Shown here piece after piece: positions 25,341 to 36,703 of a stretch of 64,000 nucleotides of DNA. The translations under genes were made by a program, and so were the position numbers. The stretch comes from a virus: IMG/VR virus record IMGVR_UViG_3300009506_000006, positions 40,171 through 104,170 of that record; one strand, 5' to 3'. The notes under the pieces were generated by a model that searched no databases, was not told where the DNA came from, and worked only from the letters and a program-made list of their open reading frames with translations. Position 1 is the first letter of the stretch. Each line of letters begins with the position of its first letter.

Positions 25341-28300
25341 TACTTAATCCTTTCATTGAGTTCTAGCACTGCTGCCATCAACAGTGACACGGTTGCTCCA
25401 AGATCGCGGCCATACTCGGTTACTGTGCCTTCAGGCATGCTGTCATGATCAAGCTCAGCCCAATTTGAAAGTTCGGTTCCAGGTTTGATAGCGATCTTTG
25501 AGAGCTCGTTTAATGCCGATTCACCGATATAGACTTTGCAACGATCAGTGATTGACTCGCCTGACACGTCTCCCTTAACCCACAAATTAGCTGTTCCGGA
25601 TCCGATATTATTTATAGTAACTGTGCCAGTGCTGTTACTTGATAGAAACATGCGTAAACCGCGCTGATAGCAGTCAAATGTCCAGGTCTCGTAGCTTCCG
25701 GCCCCGGCGAAGCGCATTTCACCACCTTCATTAGTGCCATCCATTGCCTGAAGTTGCAGGATCGCATTGTACAATCGAATATACCCGCCACTGCCATCAA
25801 ATACGAAACGTGCGGAACTGCTGCCAAGACCGATATAAGCGTCTTCTTTCATTCTCAACATTGTAATTCCGCCTGTGTCGGCAAATAGCACAGTATATTC
25901 TGCAGAACCTGTCCACATACTTAATGTAAGATTTGTGCTGGCGATTACTTGGACATAATCCGCATAGTAAGCAGTTTCGCTTATATCATTATATCCAATA
26001 TTAATTGATGATAACCAAGATGACGAATTTGGACCTAGCCTTAAACTGTGGATACCGCCGGATATTGATTTTTTAGAGAACTTGAAATAAACATTTGTAG
26101 GATCATCATTTTTTTCAAATCTGATTTCACTTGGTATAGTACCATCTCGTAAATGCAGGATAGACGGATTTCCGGCAGTGCCTTGCTGCATGGTTAAGTC
26201 ACCGCCTGATTCAATTATAATATCGCCGCCAGATTTGATTGTGATAGCGTTTGCCTTAGCTGTGCTGATCGCGACGCCGTTAGCAACTGTATATGAGAAG
26301 TACTCATTGCTGCCGTCTCCAGCATACAATGTTCCGGCATTGCTCATATAGGTTCGCCAGGCAGAGCCATTATAATATCCAGAATAATCCGAGCCAAGAT
26401 ACAACCCAGCACCGCTTGGCGCAGCCACAGATGCTGGGATGACTTTAGTTTTCAGGTATCCAGTTGCGTCGAGCGCTGTGGATACTCGGCCGTCAGTGAG
26501 TTCAGTGGGACGGCTAGTGAGATTTGTACTCCAATTAGCACCTACTGTAGCCGCATTTTCCACTTTTGATATGTAAATATAGGATACGTACGCTTCTCCA
26601 GATGTCGCAGAGCTTTGCACATAAATTCCGAATGAACCCTGGACGACGTTGTTACCGCCGGTGATGGTAATTGTGGTGGTAACGGTTTTCCAGGTTGAGT
26701 CTCCAGTTGTTAGCTGCCCGGTTCCAGGATATCCAATTGGCGTTCCGTCTTTGTCTTTCGTGTTGAATTGTGCATATAGATAACCACCAGACAGGCTTGA
26801 CCAGACTCGAGCTTCGACATAATATGTTTCACCGGACTTTAGCGGAAAATTTGAACCACGTGCGGGATATCCGCCTGGATAATTTCCAAAGTTAGCTGGC
26901 AATCGCAGAACTTTTTCAGTGCCTTCACCATAGCTGTCAGCAATTGCTGCTCCAGAGCTGGTTGTCCAGTAGCTGCTATTCATAAATCGTGGATCAGCAA
27001 TGAGATTGCTGTCATTGCGTCCGGCATTATCAGACGGTTTGGTATTGCCGCCAACATCCGCAAAGTCACGTGTGCTGCTGGCAAACATTCGATTAGTAGC
27101 ATCGCTCGCCAATTTACCAACTACAATGGAGTTTGCCTGAATTAAACTGGTGACCAGATACCCGCCAGAGATAACCGTAGTCCCAAGTTTGGCGGTTTCA
27201 ACTAGATCCTCATAGGCCAGATCTCCGAACGACGGAATATTAGACAGGTTAGTATCCCAGTCGGCACCTACCGTAGCGTTGTTAGCAGGTTTTGTAGTAC
27301 CTCCAATATCCGCAAAATCACGTGTTGAGTTTGTGAAAATACGATCGGTGACATTTGATGACATCGCTGACACAGTCAACGATCCGGTTTGTATTCTATT
27401 AGCATCCAGGTATCCTGCATTGATTTTACCTGCATCCAAATCACTGATTTTAGCGTTGCCGATGCAGGCATCCAGGATCCAGGCACTTCCGATCATTTGG
27501 TTTGCAATCGCATTCCAAGCTAATTGTCCTATGCCTGAATCATTGACCGCAATGATGAAGTCTTCCCCTGGCGCCCAGCCCGATATGCTCCCGGGATGCG
27601 TAGCTGAGCTAGCAAACGATGCTCCAAGATCTTTCCAGTAAATATATCGATTTCCGCCTGTTGTGTTGCCTGAACTAATTGAGTATGCCGTACCGTTATA
27701 ATAGACTGTGCAGGCGCTCCAGGCCACATTACCGGCAGTTGGGGAGTCGTTGGTTAATGTCAATCCCTGAACAACTGGAATTTTAGTGTTGAACTTACTG
27801 GCCGTAATAGCGAAGTCATCAATATCAGTTTCGCCGATTGCAAAGTTTTCCGCATCGGCATTTGTGCTGCTGGCCGACGACTCACGGGCGAAAATATCCA
27901 CTGTTTTGACTTCAATATAAATTGTGGCCGTGCCGCCGTATGTGCCTTTTTCGGTGTCTGTTAGATTGCGTTCGACCCGCGTGCCGGATGTGCGATACCA
28001 GCTTGACCAACTGCCAGTTTCAATTTTAAACCGATACAGGAAGTGACTGAAATCCAGGGCTGTATCCTGATCCCAGTTAAATACCACACCGCCTATCTTG
28101 GTTTCATAGGTCAGATTTTGTGGATTAGTTGGTACGGCGTTAGTGGCCGTTAGACTAACAACTGTGCTTGGCTGATCCCAAAGATTAACTGTATACACAT
28201 TGAACTTAATCGACGGAATTGGCGTACCGCTGTTGTCCTGGCGGTTCATGGACAATGTATAGTTGTATTTGGCATCGGTTACATAGTCAATTCTCAGCTG

Positions 28301-31300
28301 CGTATCGTCAGTTTTGCAGACTTGAACTTTATAATGCTTAAGCCTGGATCCTGCAGTACCGCCCAATGCAGGTCCGGTCCACTCGATTTCGCAGTCACCT
28401 TGACTGAATGTCGAACCACCGCCTTTGACCTGCAAACTGCTGACAGCTGGTGGAGCTAGTGTGGCTAAACTAATTGTGATATCGCTTTCAGTGTCCCATG
28501 GTGAGAAACTGGATCTGCTGGCAAACGATCGCACTCTAAAATCATATGTGGAACCATTGGCAACTTCGAAATTAAACCTGAACGTATGGTCGTCCATAAC
28601 CGGCAGTGATATCCAGGCACCGCCGCTTTCGCGATATTGAGCTTGGTACCCTTGGATAACGGCATCTGACATACTTCGTAATATACGACCAATTAATCCA
28701 AATCCTGTTGGTGCTGTCAATGTTGGTAACGTGAATGTTACCGTCATGATAACTTGATAGCTATCATCATCACGCCTGCTTACCCAGTGCGCGTCATATC
28801 GATAATCCACAATGACAGGCGTTGGAGGCACGCGATTAATAATCGGCGGCTTCGTAATATTGGTTACAAACTGTGGGATCAGCCCCTGATCCGCACTATG
28901 TACAGCAGACGCTGCATGTACGCATGTGATCTTAGCTGTCAGATCTGGACCGGGTTCAATGCGCGTGACAATGCATTCTATAGATTCCAATGACAGTACG
29001 CCGAACTGCATCAGATCTCCAACAGCTGGCGCCGTAGCGGCCGAAATGTCGGGATTAAATTCGATCCGAGTATTGTCTCCCGGGACGTTAACAACAGAGG
29101 CTGTAATACTGACTCCGTTTGATTTACGGATACGTACGCCATAGCTCGTCCCGCCAGCCATGGTGAACGTGTTGTCTATGCTGGCGGCTGACACATCCCC
29201 ACCGCCGGTTGTCGTGATTTCGGTTATCCTGGCAGCGCCGTAGCCGATGGACAATACATCATGGGACAGTCGAATCAGATCGCCGCGGGTACAGACGATA
29301 TGCTCAACATCGGTGTTAAACGTAAAGACTTCCGGTCTCAGACGTGCACAGGCGATCAGGTAGCGGGCGTCTTTCCAGACATGATCCGAATCAACATATC
29401 CCCAGAAGTCCATAGTCTCGAAGCGTGTGGCCTGGTCTTCACAGATCCACAGCACCGAGCCGTCCATTTCGAGCTCTCCGGCTTCCGCCGGCCATGTTGG
29501 CTGCGTGCCTCCGGTTGTGCCTGCAGTGGTTGCCCGGTAATAATACCCGTCGTCTGGTGTGGCTATGCAGTAATCATTGGTAGCGTATGCTGTAGAGGCT
29601 TGCCAGTAAGTCGTGCCGGATGGTATGATATTGTAATATCCATCGTCACAGACGACCAGTTCGTCTGGCTGGTAATCCTCATCTTCATTTTCGAAGCGAC
29701 ATTTGAGCGCGTGCGGCTGATCCGGAAATAATTTAGATCCGACGAAGCCCCAACTATTGCGTGGTGTGAAGTGTTGAATCGGTACTGTCTGCGCAATATC
29801 TTCGACAACCGTGAACAGGTTGTCTTTAATGCCAGGTGTGGCACGGCCGGTTGCAGCTATATTAGTTAACAGCTCAAACACAGTGAACTGAGAATCTACA
29901 ACAGCATCGAATTTGCGTCCTGCGGTTTCGCAGCGTAGATCCCAGGCTCTAAGTGCTGCGATATCGATTTTGCTGTCAGATAACGCACGATGGTTGCCGG
30001 CGCCGCGTAATACGTCAGCATATGCCCATGCAGGACTGCGTGTTTTAACGACATGCCAATCGCTGCCATCGTGTGCAGGTAACAGGGCTTCAGCAACGCA
30101 GTTGTATTGATCGATAGCTCCCGAGAGTTGATCACTGGCCTTAATGCGCAATGCCACTAGACAACGCCCAGCCAGATTGACAGGATTTGCATATGACAGT
30201 GATCGTAGCGCTGTGATATATGACGAATCCGAGTAGCTGGACGAACTGTGATCGGCTGTCAGCCTGCGCCAGCGAATATCATATTGTCCGTTTGGAACTT
30301 TAATAGAATATCCGAGTCGATGCAGGTTGTCGTATTTGCCGGTAACATTTAGGGTTGGCGTGGTAGCCCTGTTAACTGTTGGCGTCGCTTTGCCGACAAC
30401 TGTAATAGATCCGACACTAAATACACCGGTTGAAACTGAAACGTTGATTACGGCCGTATAGCGTTCTGTTTCATAGCGCAGGCGTCCGTCACCATCATAA
30501 TACGTATTCCATGTTTTATGGCTTGCCTGTCCTGCGTACGTGATAGTACCGGAAGCGCCAGTAGATGCTTGAGTGACGGAATCTCCAACTGCGATAGTTG
30601 TTGTGGGATATCCTGAAAACGTTAAAGTTTGAAATGTATTGTCAATAAAATTAATCCAATTTTCGCTGTCTTTAACGGCATACTGGCATTCAAATTGTAC
30701 GTTTGTGGTTTGCCGTTTATTATTGGCATCTGAATAAAACCACAAACCACCTGGGAACGTAATATCAAAACCAAGTTCATCAGTATTGGCTTGCGTAGTT
30801 CGCAGTTGCCATCCTGCAGCTTGAGTTAGTTCGATAGACAGCTGATCTTCATGAACATTATCCGGATAGATGCTGTAGTAATCGTCATCCGGACCGTCTC
30901 CTAAATAATCGTCGTTCTGGTAAGCTTCGTACTGGACTTCGTCGAATTCATCCAGCGCGGTTTCCCCAATTTTGTGATCAGACAACTCGAGAGGCGCATA
31001 CCCCACATCAAATAAACACCGTAAATACTGATCCGAACCAACAAGTTCGGTGTATGGCATAGCTGCTAGACGTGGAAACACACGCCGTTTACCGAAGATT
31101 TTTAAACACGGTCCCCACGGATCGGCCTGGTTACGTGCACCGGTGATGCTGTATATTTGATTAGTATCGTAATTATTGACTTTAGATGTCTGTGGAGGAA
31201 CTAACGCATTGACTGCCAGCATGCCACCGATTGCTACGCCAAATCCCGCTACGCCTCCCCAGCCAGCCAAGGCACCTTGAGCTCCGAAGACTCCCAAATG

Positions 31301-31624
31301 CGGGACTGCCAGGCTGAGTGCAATGACGGACAGAGTCAGAATGACTCGCATCGGATCTTTCCCGCCGCCGCCACCACCGCCTCCGGGCGCGACACGCACG
31401 GTTACGACGTTACCGCCTTCGGGAATAAATGCCGACCATTGTTCACGCGGAATTAGCAGATCATCAACATAAACATATGTCGTTAGACTGCGTGTAGCCG
31501 ATAGTCCTATACCTGACTCTTCAAGAATTTGCAGGAGGTTGGAGCCCTGTGCAATTTTGCGTTCAATGCGTTGAGTTTTGAACGGATGCGGACAGGCGAA
31601 AAGCTGTATTTTATTTTGGGACAT
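25340..31624 (-). CDS. Tail tip/central fibre protein (lambda gpI-gpJ-like fusion) with FN3, CBM-like inserts and chaperone-like C-terminus
   Basis: N-terminal ubiquitin-like domain ending PGGGGGGGG; YSITGARNQADPWGP; RSPAWAYADVL; FN3-like repeats; position after NlpC gene. Confidence 0.9.
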   Translation of the reverse strand: MSQNKIQLFACPHPFKTQRIERKIAQGSNLLQILEESGIGLSATRSLTTYVYVDDLLIPREQWSAFIPEGGNVVTVRVAPGGGGGGGGKDPMRVILTLSVIALSLAVPHLGVFGAQGALAGWGGVAGFGVAIGGMLAVNALVPPQTSKVNNYDTNQIYSITGARNQADPWGPCLKIFGKRRVFPRLAAMPYTELVGSDQYLRCLFDVGYAPLELSDHKIGETALDEFDEVQYEAYQNDDYLGDGPDDDYYSIYPDNVHEDQLSIELTQAAGWQLRTTQANTDELGFDITFPGGLWFYSDANNKRQTTNVQFECQYAVKDSENWINFIDNTFQTLTFSGYPTTTIAVGDSVTQASTGASGTITYAGQASHKTWNTYYDGDGRLRYETERYTAVINVSVSTGVFSVGSITVVGKATPTVNRATTPTLNVTGKYDNLHRLGYSIKVPNGQYDIRWRRLTADHSSSSYSDSSYITALRSLSYANPVNLAGRCLVALRIKASDQLSGAIDQYNCVAEALLPAHDGSDWHVVKTRSPAWAYADVLRGAGNHRALSDSKIDIAALRAWDLRCETAGRKFDAVVDSQFTVFELLTNIAATGRATPGIKDNLFTVVEDIAQTVPIQHFTPRNSWGFVGSKLFPDQPHALKCRFENEDEDYQPDELVVCDDGYYNIIPSGTTYWQASTAYATNDYCIATPDDGYYYRATTAGTTGGTQPTWPAEAGELEMDGSVLWICEDQATRFETMDFWGYVDSDHVWKDARYLIACARLRPEVFTFNTDVEHIVCTRGDLIRLSHDVLSIGYGAARITEITTTGGGDVSAASIDNTFTMAGGTSYGVRIRKSNGVSITASVVNVPGDNTRIEFNPDISAATAPAVGDLMQFGVLSLESIECIVTRIEPGPDLTAKITCVHAASAVHSADQGLIPQFVTNITKPPIINRVPPTPVIVDYRYDAHWVSRRDDDSYQVIMTVTFTLPTLTAPTGFGLIGRILRSMSDAVIQGYQAQYRESGGAWISLPVMDDHTFRFNFEVANGSTYDFRVRSFASRSSFSPWDTESDITISLATLAPPAVSSLQVKGGGSTFSQGDCEIEWTGPALGGTAGSRLKHYKVQVCKTDDTQLRIDYVTDAKYNYTLSMNRQDNSGTPIPSIKFNVYTVNLWDQPSTVVSLTATNAVPTNPQNLTYETKIGGVVFNWDQDTALDFSHFLYRFKIETGSWSSWYRTSGTRVERNLTDTEKGTYGGTATIYIEVKTVDIFARESSASSTNADAENFAIGETDIDDFAITASKFNTKIPVVQGLTLTNDSPTAGNVAWSACTVYYNGTAYSISSGNTTGGNRYIYWKDLGASFASSATHPGSISGWAPGEDFIIAVNDSGIGQLAWNAIANQMIGSAWILDACIGNAKISDLDAGKINAGYLDANRIQTGSLTVSAMSSNVTDRIFTNSTRDFADIGGTTKPANNATVGADWDTNLSNIPSFGDLAYEDLVETAKLGTTVISGGYLVTSLIQANSIVVGKLASDATNRMFASSTRDFADVGGNTKPSDNAGRNDSNLIADPRFMNSSYWTTSSGAAIADSYGEGTEKVLRLPANFGNYPGGYPARGSNFPLKSGETYYVEARVWSSLSGGYLYAQFNTKDKDGTPIGYPGTGQLTTGDSTWKTVTTTITITGGNNVVQGSFGIYVQSSATSGEAYVSYIYISKVENAATVGANWSTNLTSRPTELTDGRVSTALDATGYLKTKVIPASVAAPSGAGLYLGSDYSGYYNGSAWRTYMSNAGTLYAGDGSNEYFSYTVANGVAISTAKANAITIKSGGDIIIESGGDLTMQQGTAGNPSILHLRDGTIPSEIRFEKNDDPTNVYFKFSKKSISGGIHSLRLGPNSSSWLSSINIGYNDISETAYYADYVQVIASTNLTLSMWTGSAEYTVLFADTGGITMLRMKEDAYIGLGSSSARFVFDGSGGYIRLYNAILQLQAMDGTNEGGEMRFAGAGSYETWTFDCYQRGLRMFLSSNSTGTVTINNIGSGTANLWVKGDVSGESITDRCKVYIGESALNELSKIAIKPGTELSNWAELDHDSMPEGTVTEYGRDLGATVSLLMAAVLELNERIK

Positions 31625-32027
31625 AACGGTAAAATTCCGTAATTCGATTTTTCCAGATTGGTGAGCTCATCCTTTCAATGACAGTGTTTTTATTGCGCTG
31701 TACATGCAGCATGAAATCCTTTGCTATAACGATTCCGGTGTGCTGTGTAACGCCATTTAACCGCATTAGCACTACATCGCCTGGCTGCGGAAGATCTACG
31801 GGATGCCATGCTTGTGCTTCCCGCTGGCATATGTCTGCAATTGTGAATTTGTCATGTGAGGATTCATATTCCTGCTCAAAACTGTCGACTTGAATATTAA
31901 ACCGTTCCTTAAGTACCAGTCGTACAAGACCCCAGCAGTCACAACCATCATGGTTGCGGCCATGTTCAGAAAATGGAATGTTGATATATTCGATAGCCCA
32001 ATTTGGTATGATATCAACATGACTCAT
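31611..32027 (-). CDS. NlpC/P60 tail assembly protein (gpK-like, no JAB domain)
   Basis: GCDCWGLVRLV...HTGIV...MLHV. Confidence 0.9.
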   Translation of the reverse strand: MSHVDIIPNWAIEYINIPFSEHGRNHDGCDCWGLVRLVLKERFNIQVDSFEQEYESSHDKFTIADICQREAQAWHPVDLPQPGDVVLMRLNGVTQHTGIVIAKDFMLHVQRNKNTVIERMSSPIWKNRITEFYRYVPK

Positions 32028-32044
32028 AGTAAGAACTCAAGTCG

Positions 32045-32518
32045 TTAAAAAAGCGCTGGAAAATTTTGAGGAGAATACAAGTCTCCAGGATACGGCTCGT
32101 TAAGAATATTATCAGGCGATATGGTTGCCGTTACTGTCATGGCATCATACTGTGCACTGCGCACCGTAAGATCGACTGGACCATACTCAACGGTATTTGG
32201 CGAATCTGCTAGGATTACTGACAACGCTATAGTTGGTGGTCCTGTGCATGTACGAATAGCATCAACAATTTGACGATCGACATTATCAATTACCAGGCTG
32301 ATCTCGGGAATATTTTCACCAGTGTCTTCCAGCAAAGCAATTTCAAACGGATAACCAGTATACGTATCACCATTGCTTGTGACGTTGCTATAATTATTAA
32401 CTACGCGAATTGGAGACCCCAGATCGTCATGGTCTATTTCTAGTAGGATTAAAAATGTTTGATCTGTTTCCTGTGCGAATATGGCTTGCTTAAGCGTGCT
32501 GCTGACACTGCGGCTCAT
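32045..32518 (-). CDS. Minor tail protein (DUF1833, gpL-like position)
   Basis: LILLEIDH...IRVVNN...YTGYPFEIALLEDT...ISLVIDNV. Confidence 0.85.
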   Translation of the reverse strand: MSRSVSSTLKQAIFAQETDQTFLILLEIDHDDLGSPIRVVNNYSNVTSNGDTYTGYPFEIALLEDTGENIPEISLVIDNVDRQIVDAIRTCTGPPTIALSVILADSPNTVEYGPVDLTVRSAQYDAMTVTATISPDNILNEPYPGDLYSPQNFPALF

Positions 32519-32527
32519 GGCGTTCTC

Positions 32528-32884
32528 CTAACTGGGCAGCATGATGACATCCATGTCAGCGTAATACGACAGTCCGCTGGCGGGTGTGTAGCGTGGCTGT
32601 CCGGTGAACTTGAATGTCTGTGAAGTCTCAAGCCGTGGATGATCTTTTGTAAAAGTCAGGCTCCCGCCTTCCAGCGTGGTGTTGAAGAACTCATCGAATA
32701 CCTCGGTTTGAGATTTGGTCATGTATATGCGCCAATGCATTGGAGTCGGTGCGCTGGTAGCTCGACGCCGTGACTTCGGAGGTCCGACATCCATCTGAGT
32801 GTGGATGCTGTTTGTCGGCAGTTCTTCTTCGAATCCGTCCTGCAGAATGTAATCCGGCAGGCATCCCGGCCATGCGCTAGGCAT
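32528..32884 (-). CDS. Distal tail protein (gpM-like)
   Basis: WPGCLP...MDVGPPKSRRR...FDEFFNTTLEGGSLTF. Confidence 0.85.
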   Translation of the reverse strand: MPSAWPGCLPDYILQDGFEEELPTNSIHTQMDVGPPKSRRRATSAPTPMHWRIYMTKSQTEVFDEFFNTTLEGGSLTFTKDHPRLETSQTFKFTGQPRYTPASGLSYYADMDVIMLPS

Positions 32885-35800
32885 TAGATATTTCTCCCTG
32901 TACGTCTAAGTCCGTAGACATTTTCCATGGATTGCGCCAGCGGTCCGCGCTTGTAGATGTCCTCAGCGATGCTAACCTGTATTTGCCGGCGGCCTCCGGG
33001 TTGTCTCTGTTCCTGGACTTTGACATTATCGTTACCGTAGTTATTAACCACAATATCAACTGGTGCAGCAGCCATAGCGCCGTTGCGCGGTATGACCGTC
33101 TCGCCGTGTTGCAGGATCGCTGGATATTCGTCTGCCGCCAGTCCACCATGCAGCCGTGGCGCTCCAGCAAATACGAATGGAGAGATCATGCGGCTGATGT
33201 AAGACTCCTGCCCGCCGGTATGCATGAGTCGATATGGCGAGGTTGACATAGGCCCGGAATATCCAGTAGTTGTTGTTGGGGTGAATAGACTGACCAACAT
33301 TGGCAGCAGTCCGCTAGCCATTCCAGCACCTGCGCCGCCTTGCATTAGATTTCCGAAGAGAGACTGCATCAAATTCGCAGCCAGAGCTTTGGCAGCCATA
33401 TTTTGGACGACTGACATAAAGTGGTTGCCAAGACTGCTGAGCATATCTTTAGCGTTAGTAATTTCACTTGAAAAGACTTGGCCGAACAGCGATTGGAATC
33501 CGTCTTCGGTTGCTGCCAGAATTTGGTTAAGCGTTTCCATGCCGCGCTGAGCTGCTGTGATTGGTTTGACCATCATCTGTAGACGCCTGGCTTCGATGGC
33601 ATCATATGATTTGGAAGTAGACTTTGCGAGAATTCTTTCCGATTCTAGATCAGCCATTAAACGCTGAAATTTTGTCCAGGCACCAGCGATATCTTTGGTG
33701 GCTTCTATGGTTTCGTCTCTGTCGCGTATAATCAGTTTTTTGCGATGCTCGTAATACGCGTCAGTCATGTCACCGCCTTTTTGATACATGTCTTCCCACT
33801 TGGACACGGCGTATGCTGTGCTTTCATCGTCGAGTTTTTGCATGCGCTTAGCTTTAATTCTGTACGCTTGCGATGCTTTTTGTCCGCCTTTAATGGCTAG
33901 TTCTGTTTCGGTGTTGATCTGAGTAGCCCTGTCTTCGTAGTATTGCGTACTCATAATATTGGTTTCACTGAAGAACTTCTTTTGCAACTCCATGCGTTTA
34001 GCCATGACTTTTTGATCAACTTCGTACATCTCGAGTGCTTCGATATACTCAGCTTCCGGGCGTGCAGATTCACCAAGGCGTTCGATGGTCTCGTACTTTT
34101 TCATGCTGGCTCTGAGCCGTTCATATTTTTCGAGCCGCGGATCGTAGTACTTTGTGTCTGTGTACATGGACTCCATAGCTTTGACTTGCTTTTCGCTGAG
34201 ATATCCAACGTCCTTGAACTCTTTTGAAAGAACGGCTTTTTGTTTCAGTGCGAACATTTGCTGGCGTTCAATGACTTTAGCGGCTTCACCAAAACCTAAA
34301 CGACGCAGTACGTCTGCACCGTGTTTAATGCGTGCGGCTTCTTCGTTGTAGAAAATTTGAGTCAGCTGACCGCGTTCGTCGTAAACCGTTTTGGCTGCAT
34401 CGTAGAACGGCTGCATTTGTTTGCGGGTTTGCTGATAGATCAGCTCTGCACGTACGCCGGCAATTGTGCCAATGCTTTCGCCAAATAGCTCCAAGGCTTC
34501 CGTAATTTCACGCAGATTTTCTTTAAAATCGTATATCAACGCTTCATTCATACGCCCGGAGACTTCATGCGCTGTTTTTAAAGCTGCATTGGAATTTTGA
34601 ATAATACGTTGTGTACGTTCGCGTATTGCCTGCTCACCTCGAATATCGGCTTCACTACCGGGAAGTCCGATGTCGATCGGCATACGGATTGCATCTAAAA
34701 TTTTTTCCGCATTTTGCATCAAGACGTCGCTTCTCTTATCGACAAATACGTCGAGGCCTCCACGTCTAAATCCCCATTTGCCTTTTGCAGGATAATTCCT
34801 TTCGAAGTATTCCGGGAACTCCCTTTCGATTCTTTCCTGGGCTGTTTCTTTACGAATGAAATCAAAAACTGTTTTCAGCTCATCGGATATAGTTGCGCCA
34901 AGACCGCGAAATAAATCTCGGATCCCGGCTTTAAACTTTTCCAGTGAACCGGTGACAGTATCTTCCATGGCGGTATCTAATTCGTAGATTTGTGACTTGA
35001 GTAATTCCATTGCTTCAGCAGAACTAAAACCCTGCTTTTTGAAATCAGCCATTTGTTGTGCTGCTTTGTCAGCATTCATAGCTCCGGAAAAATCTGCCCG
35101 TTCGACTGTCTTCAATAAACTTTTTAATTCAGAACCAGTTGCGCCAAATGACTGCCGTAAATTTATGGCTGCTTTTTCAAGATCGAGAAACGGCCGCATA
35201 ATAGCGCCAATTACCTGCACCAGATTTTGAAACACAAATATCGTCGCTGCGATCCCAGACATGTAGACCGCCATCTTAGCGAAGCGTCCGTTAAACACGC
35301 TCATGCGCTTGTCAGCCTTGCGGGCGCCTTCATCGACTTCTTTGAAGAGCTGATTAGCTTCTCTTCCATAGCGTGACAACGCTTGAGCTCGCACTAATGG
35401 ATCCTTAGAGCCTAGTTCTTGCTTAAATATTTGCATACGTGCCAGAATTTCAGACTGTCTGGCCCATTCTTTAGTGCCGACCTCCAATGCTCCAACCGTA
35501 CGGCGCACACGCGTCATTCCAGCTTCGAGTTTGCCGATAGATGGTAGCGTGTCAGCACGAATGATTTTGGTCATTTCGTTTAGACCCATATCGGCAGTTT
35601 CACGTATAGCATCCCTGATATCAGTCCAATCTCTAGTAACGGATTGTAAGACACGATCGTATTCTTTTGTTCCTTGAGCTGAGAATACCTTACCTTGCAA
35701 ACTTTTAATTGTATTTAGGTCATCTATTTGTGGGCCGTAGAACGGAGAAGCTGTACCAAGAGGACGCAAATTTGAATATAATTTATTTTGAAGAACCGAC

Positions 35801-36333
35801 ATCTCTGTCAATGCGTCATTTGTTTCAGCAGTTGAAAAGGCAACATCGGACATGGTTTGTGCAAATTGCTGTTGTGTGCGTGTCCAGCCAGTTCTGAATG
35901 CCGTTGCAGCTGCTGTTGCCTTCTGCATTCCGGCCGCTGTTTGCTGTGCCGTGCCGGTGACTCCAACTGCTGCGCCCATGAGTCCTGTAGCTCCCGGGGC
36001 ACGTACCGCTGATACGGCAGCAAGCTTTTGTTTGGACGCGATCAGTTTGTTAACCACAGCAATTTCTTGCATGGTTTGCGTAATGGCTTGTTTCTGGGTC
36101 TGGACCTGCTGCTTGGTGGCGGCCTCGGTACCGGTAATGGACTTGAGGATTTGCTGATTCATGGTGGCGCGCTTGCTCATTTCGTCAGATGCGCCCTGCA
36201 TGGCAGACTTTTTGATTTTTTCCATAGCCTGCATTTTTTGCATAGCCCGCTCAGCCGCGTTTTCGATTTGCTTCAAATCCCGGGTTGCCTGCTCTTTACC
36301 TTGAAGCTCGACCTTGATATAGATGTCAGCCAT
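32884..36333 (-). CDS. Tail tape measure protein
   Basis: 1149 aa, helical Ala/Gln-rich, C-terminal HTGG...DEYPAILQHGETVIP; canonical position. Confidence 0.9.
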   Translation of the reverse strand: MADIYIKVELQGKEQATRDLKQIENAAERAMQKMQAMEKIKKSAMQGASDEMSKRATMNQQILKSITGTEAATKQQVQTQKQAITQTMQEIAVVNKLIASKQKLAAVSAVRAPGATGLMGAAVGVTGTAQQTAAGMQKATAAATAFRTGWTRTQQQFAQTMSDVAFSTAETNDALTEMSVLQNKLYSNLRPLGTASPFYGPQIDDLNTIKSLQGKVFSAQGTKEYDRVLQSVTRDWTDIRDAIRETADMGLNEMTKIIRADTLPSIGKLEAGMTRVRRTVGALEVGTKEWARQSEILARMQIFKQELGSKDPLVRAQALSRYGREANQLFKEVDEGARKADKRMSVFNGRFAKMAVYMSGIAATIFVFQNLVQVIGAIMRPFLDLEKAAINLRQSFGATGSELKSLLKTVERADFSGAMNADKAAQQMADFKKQGFSSAEAMELLKSQIYELDTAMEDTVTGSLEKFKAGIRDLFRGLGATISDELKTVFDFIRKETAQERIEREFPEYFERNYPAKGKWGFRRGGLDVFVDKRSDVLMQNAEKILDAIRMPIDIGLPGSEADIRGEQAIRERTQRIIQNSNAALKTAHEVSGRMNEALIYDFKENLREITEALELFGESIGTIAGVRAELIYQQTRKQMQPFYDAAKTVYDERGQLTQIFYNEEAARIKHGADVLRRLGFGEAAKVIERQQMFALKQKAVLSKEFKDVGYLSEKQVKAMESMYTDTKYYDPRLEKYERLRASMKKYETIERLGESARPEAEYIEALEMYEVDQKVMAKRMELQKKFFSETNIMSTQYYEDRATQINTETELAIKGGQKASQAYRIKAKRMQKLDDESTAYAVSKWEDMYQKGGDMTDAYYEHRKKLIIRDRDETIEATKDIAGAWTKFQRLMADLESERILAKSTSKSYDAIEARRLQMMVKPITAAQRGMETLNQILAATEDGFQSLFGQVFSSEITNAKDMLSSLGNHFMSVVQNMAAKALAANLMQSLFGNLMQGGAGAGMASGLLPMLVSLFTPTTTTGYSGPMSTSPYRLMHTGGQESYISRMISPFVFAGAPRLHGGLAADEYPAILQHGETVIPRNGAMAAAPVDIVVNNYGNDNVKVQEQRQPGGRRQIQVSIAEDIYKRGPLAQSMENVYGLRRTGRNI

Positions 36334-36686
36334 TATTTGGGAGCCTTGCCTTGGTTGGCAATTTGATTTTGTGCGTCAGAGGTTTTCATCTTTTCGTGGG
36401 CATGCTGTAGATACGCCTGGTCTAGTATCTGCATGCGGCGTAAGAATACCTGCCTTTCTTCGTAGTCGTTCATTTCAAGTATCTGCATATAGGCTACAAT
36501 ATCAGCAATTCTTAGCGCACATGGTCCCCAGCCGTTGGATTGCCGACTGGCATGCAGTTGCCCGAAGGCTTTGAAATCCTGTCGCAGATCGTCATAAATT
36601 TCCGGCTTCTTGTCGAGCGCTGTGATATGACCGCCATCCGCCTCGATCTGCAGGTACCAGTCGACTTTTTCGCCATGATCCAGCAT
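36333..36686 (-). CDS. Tail assembly chaperone, frameshift (gpT-like) segment
   Basis: In the -1 frame of the upstream chaperone; directly precedes tape measure. Confidence 0.85.
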   Translation of the reverse strand: MLDHGEKVDWYLQIEADGGHITALDKKPEIYDDLRQDFKAFGQLHASRQSNGWGPCALRIADIVAYMQILEMNDYEERQVFLRRMQILDQAYLQHAHEKMKTSDAQNQIANQGKAPK

Positions 36687-36703
36687 CCAGCGCAGGACTT
36701 CGG

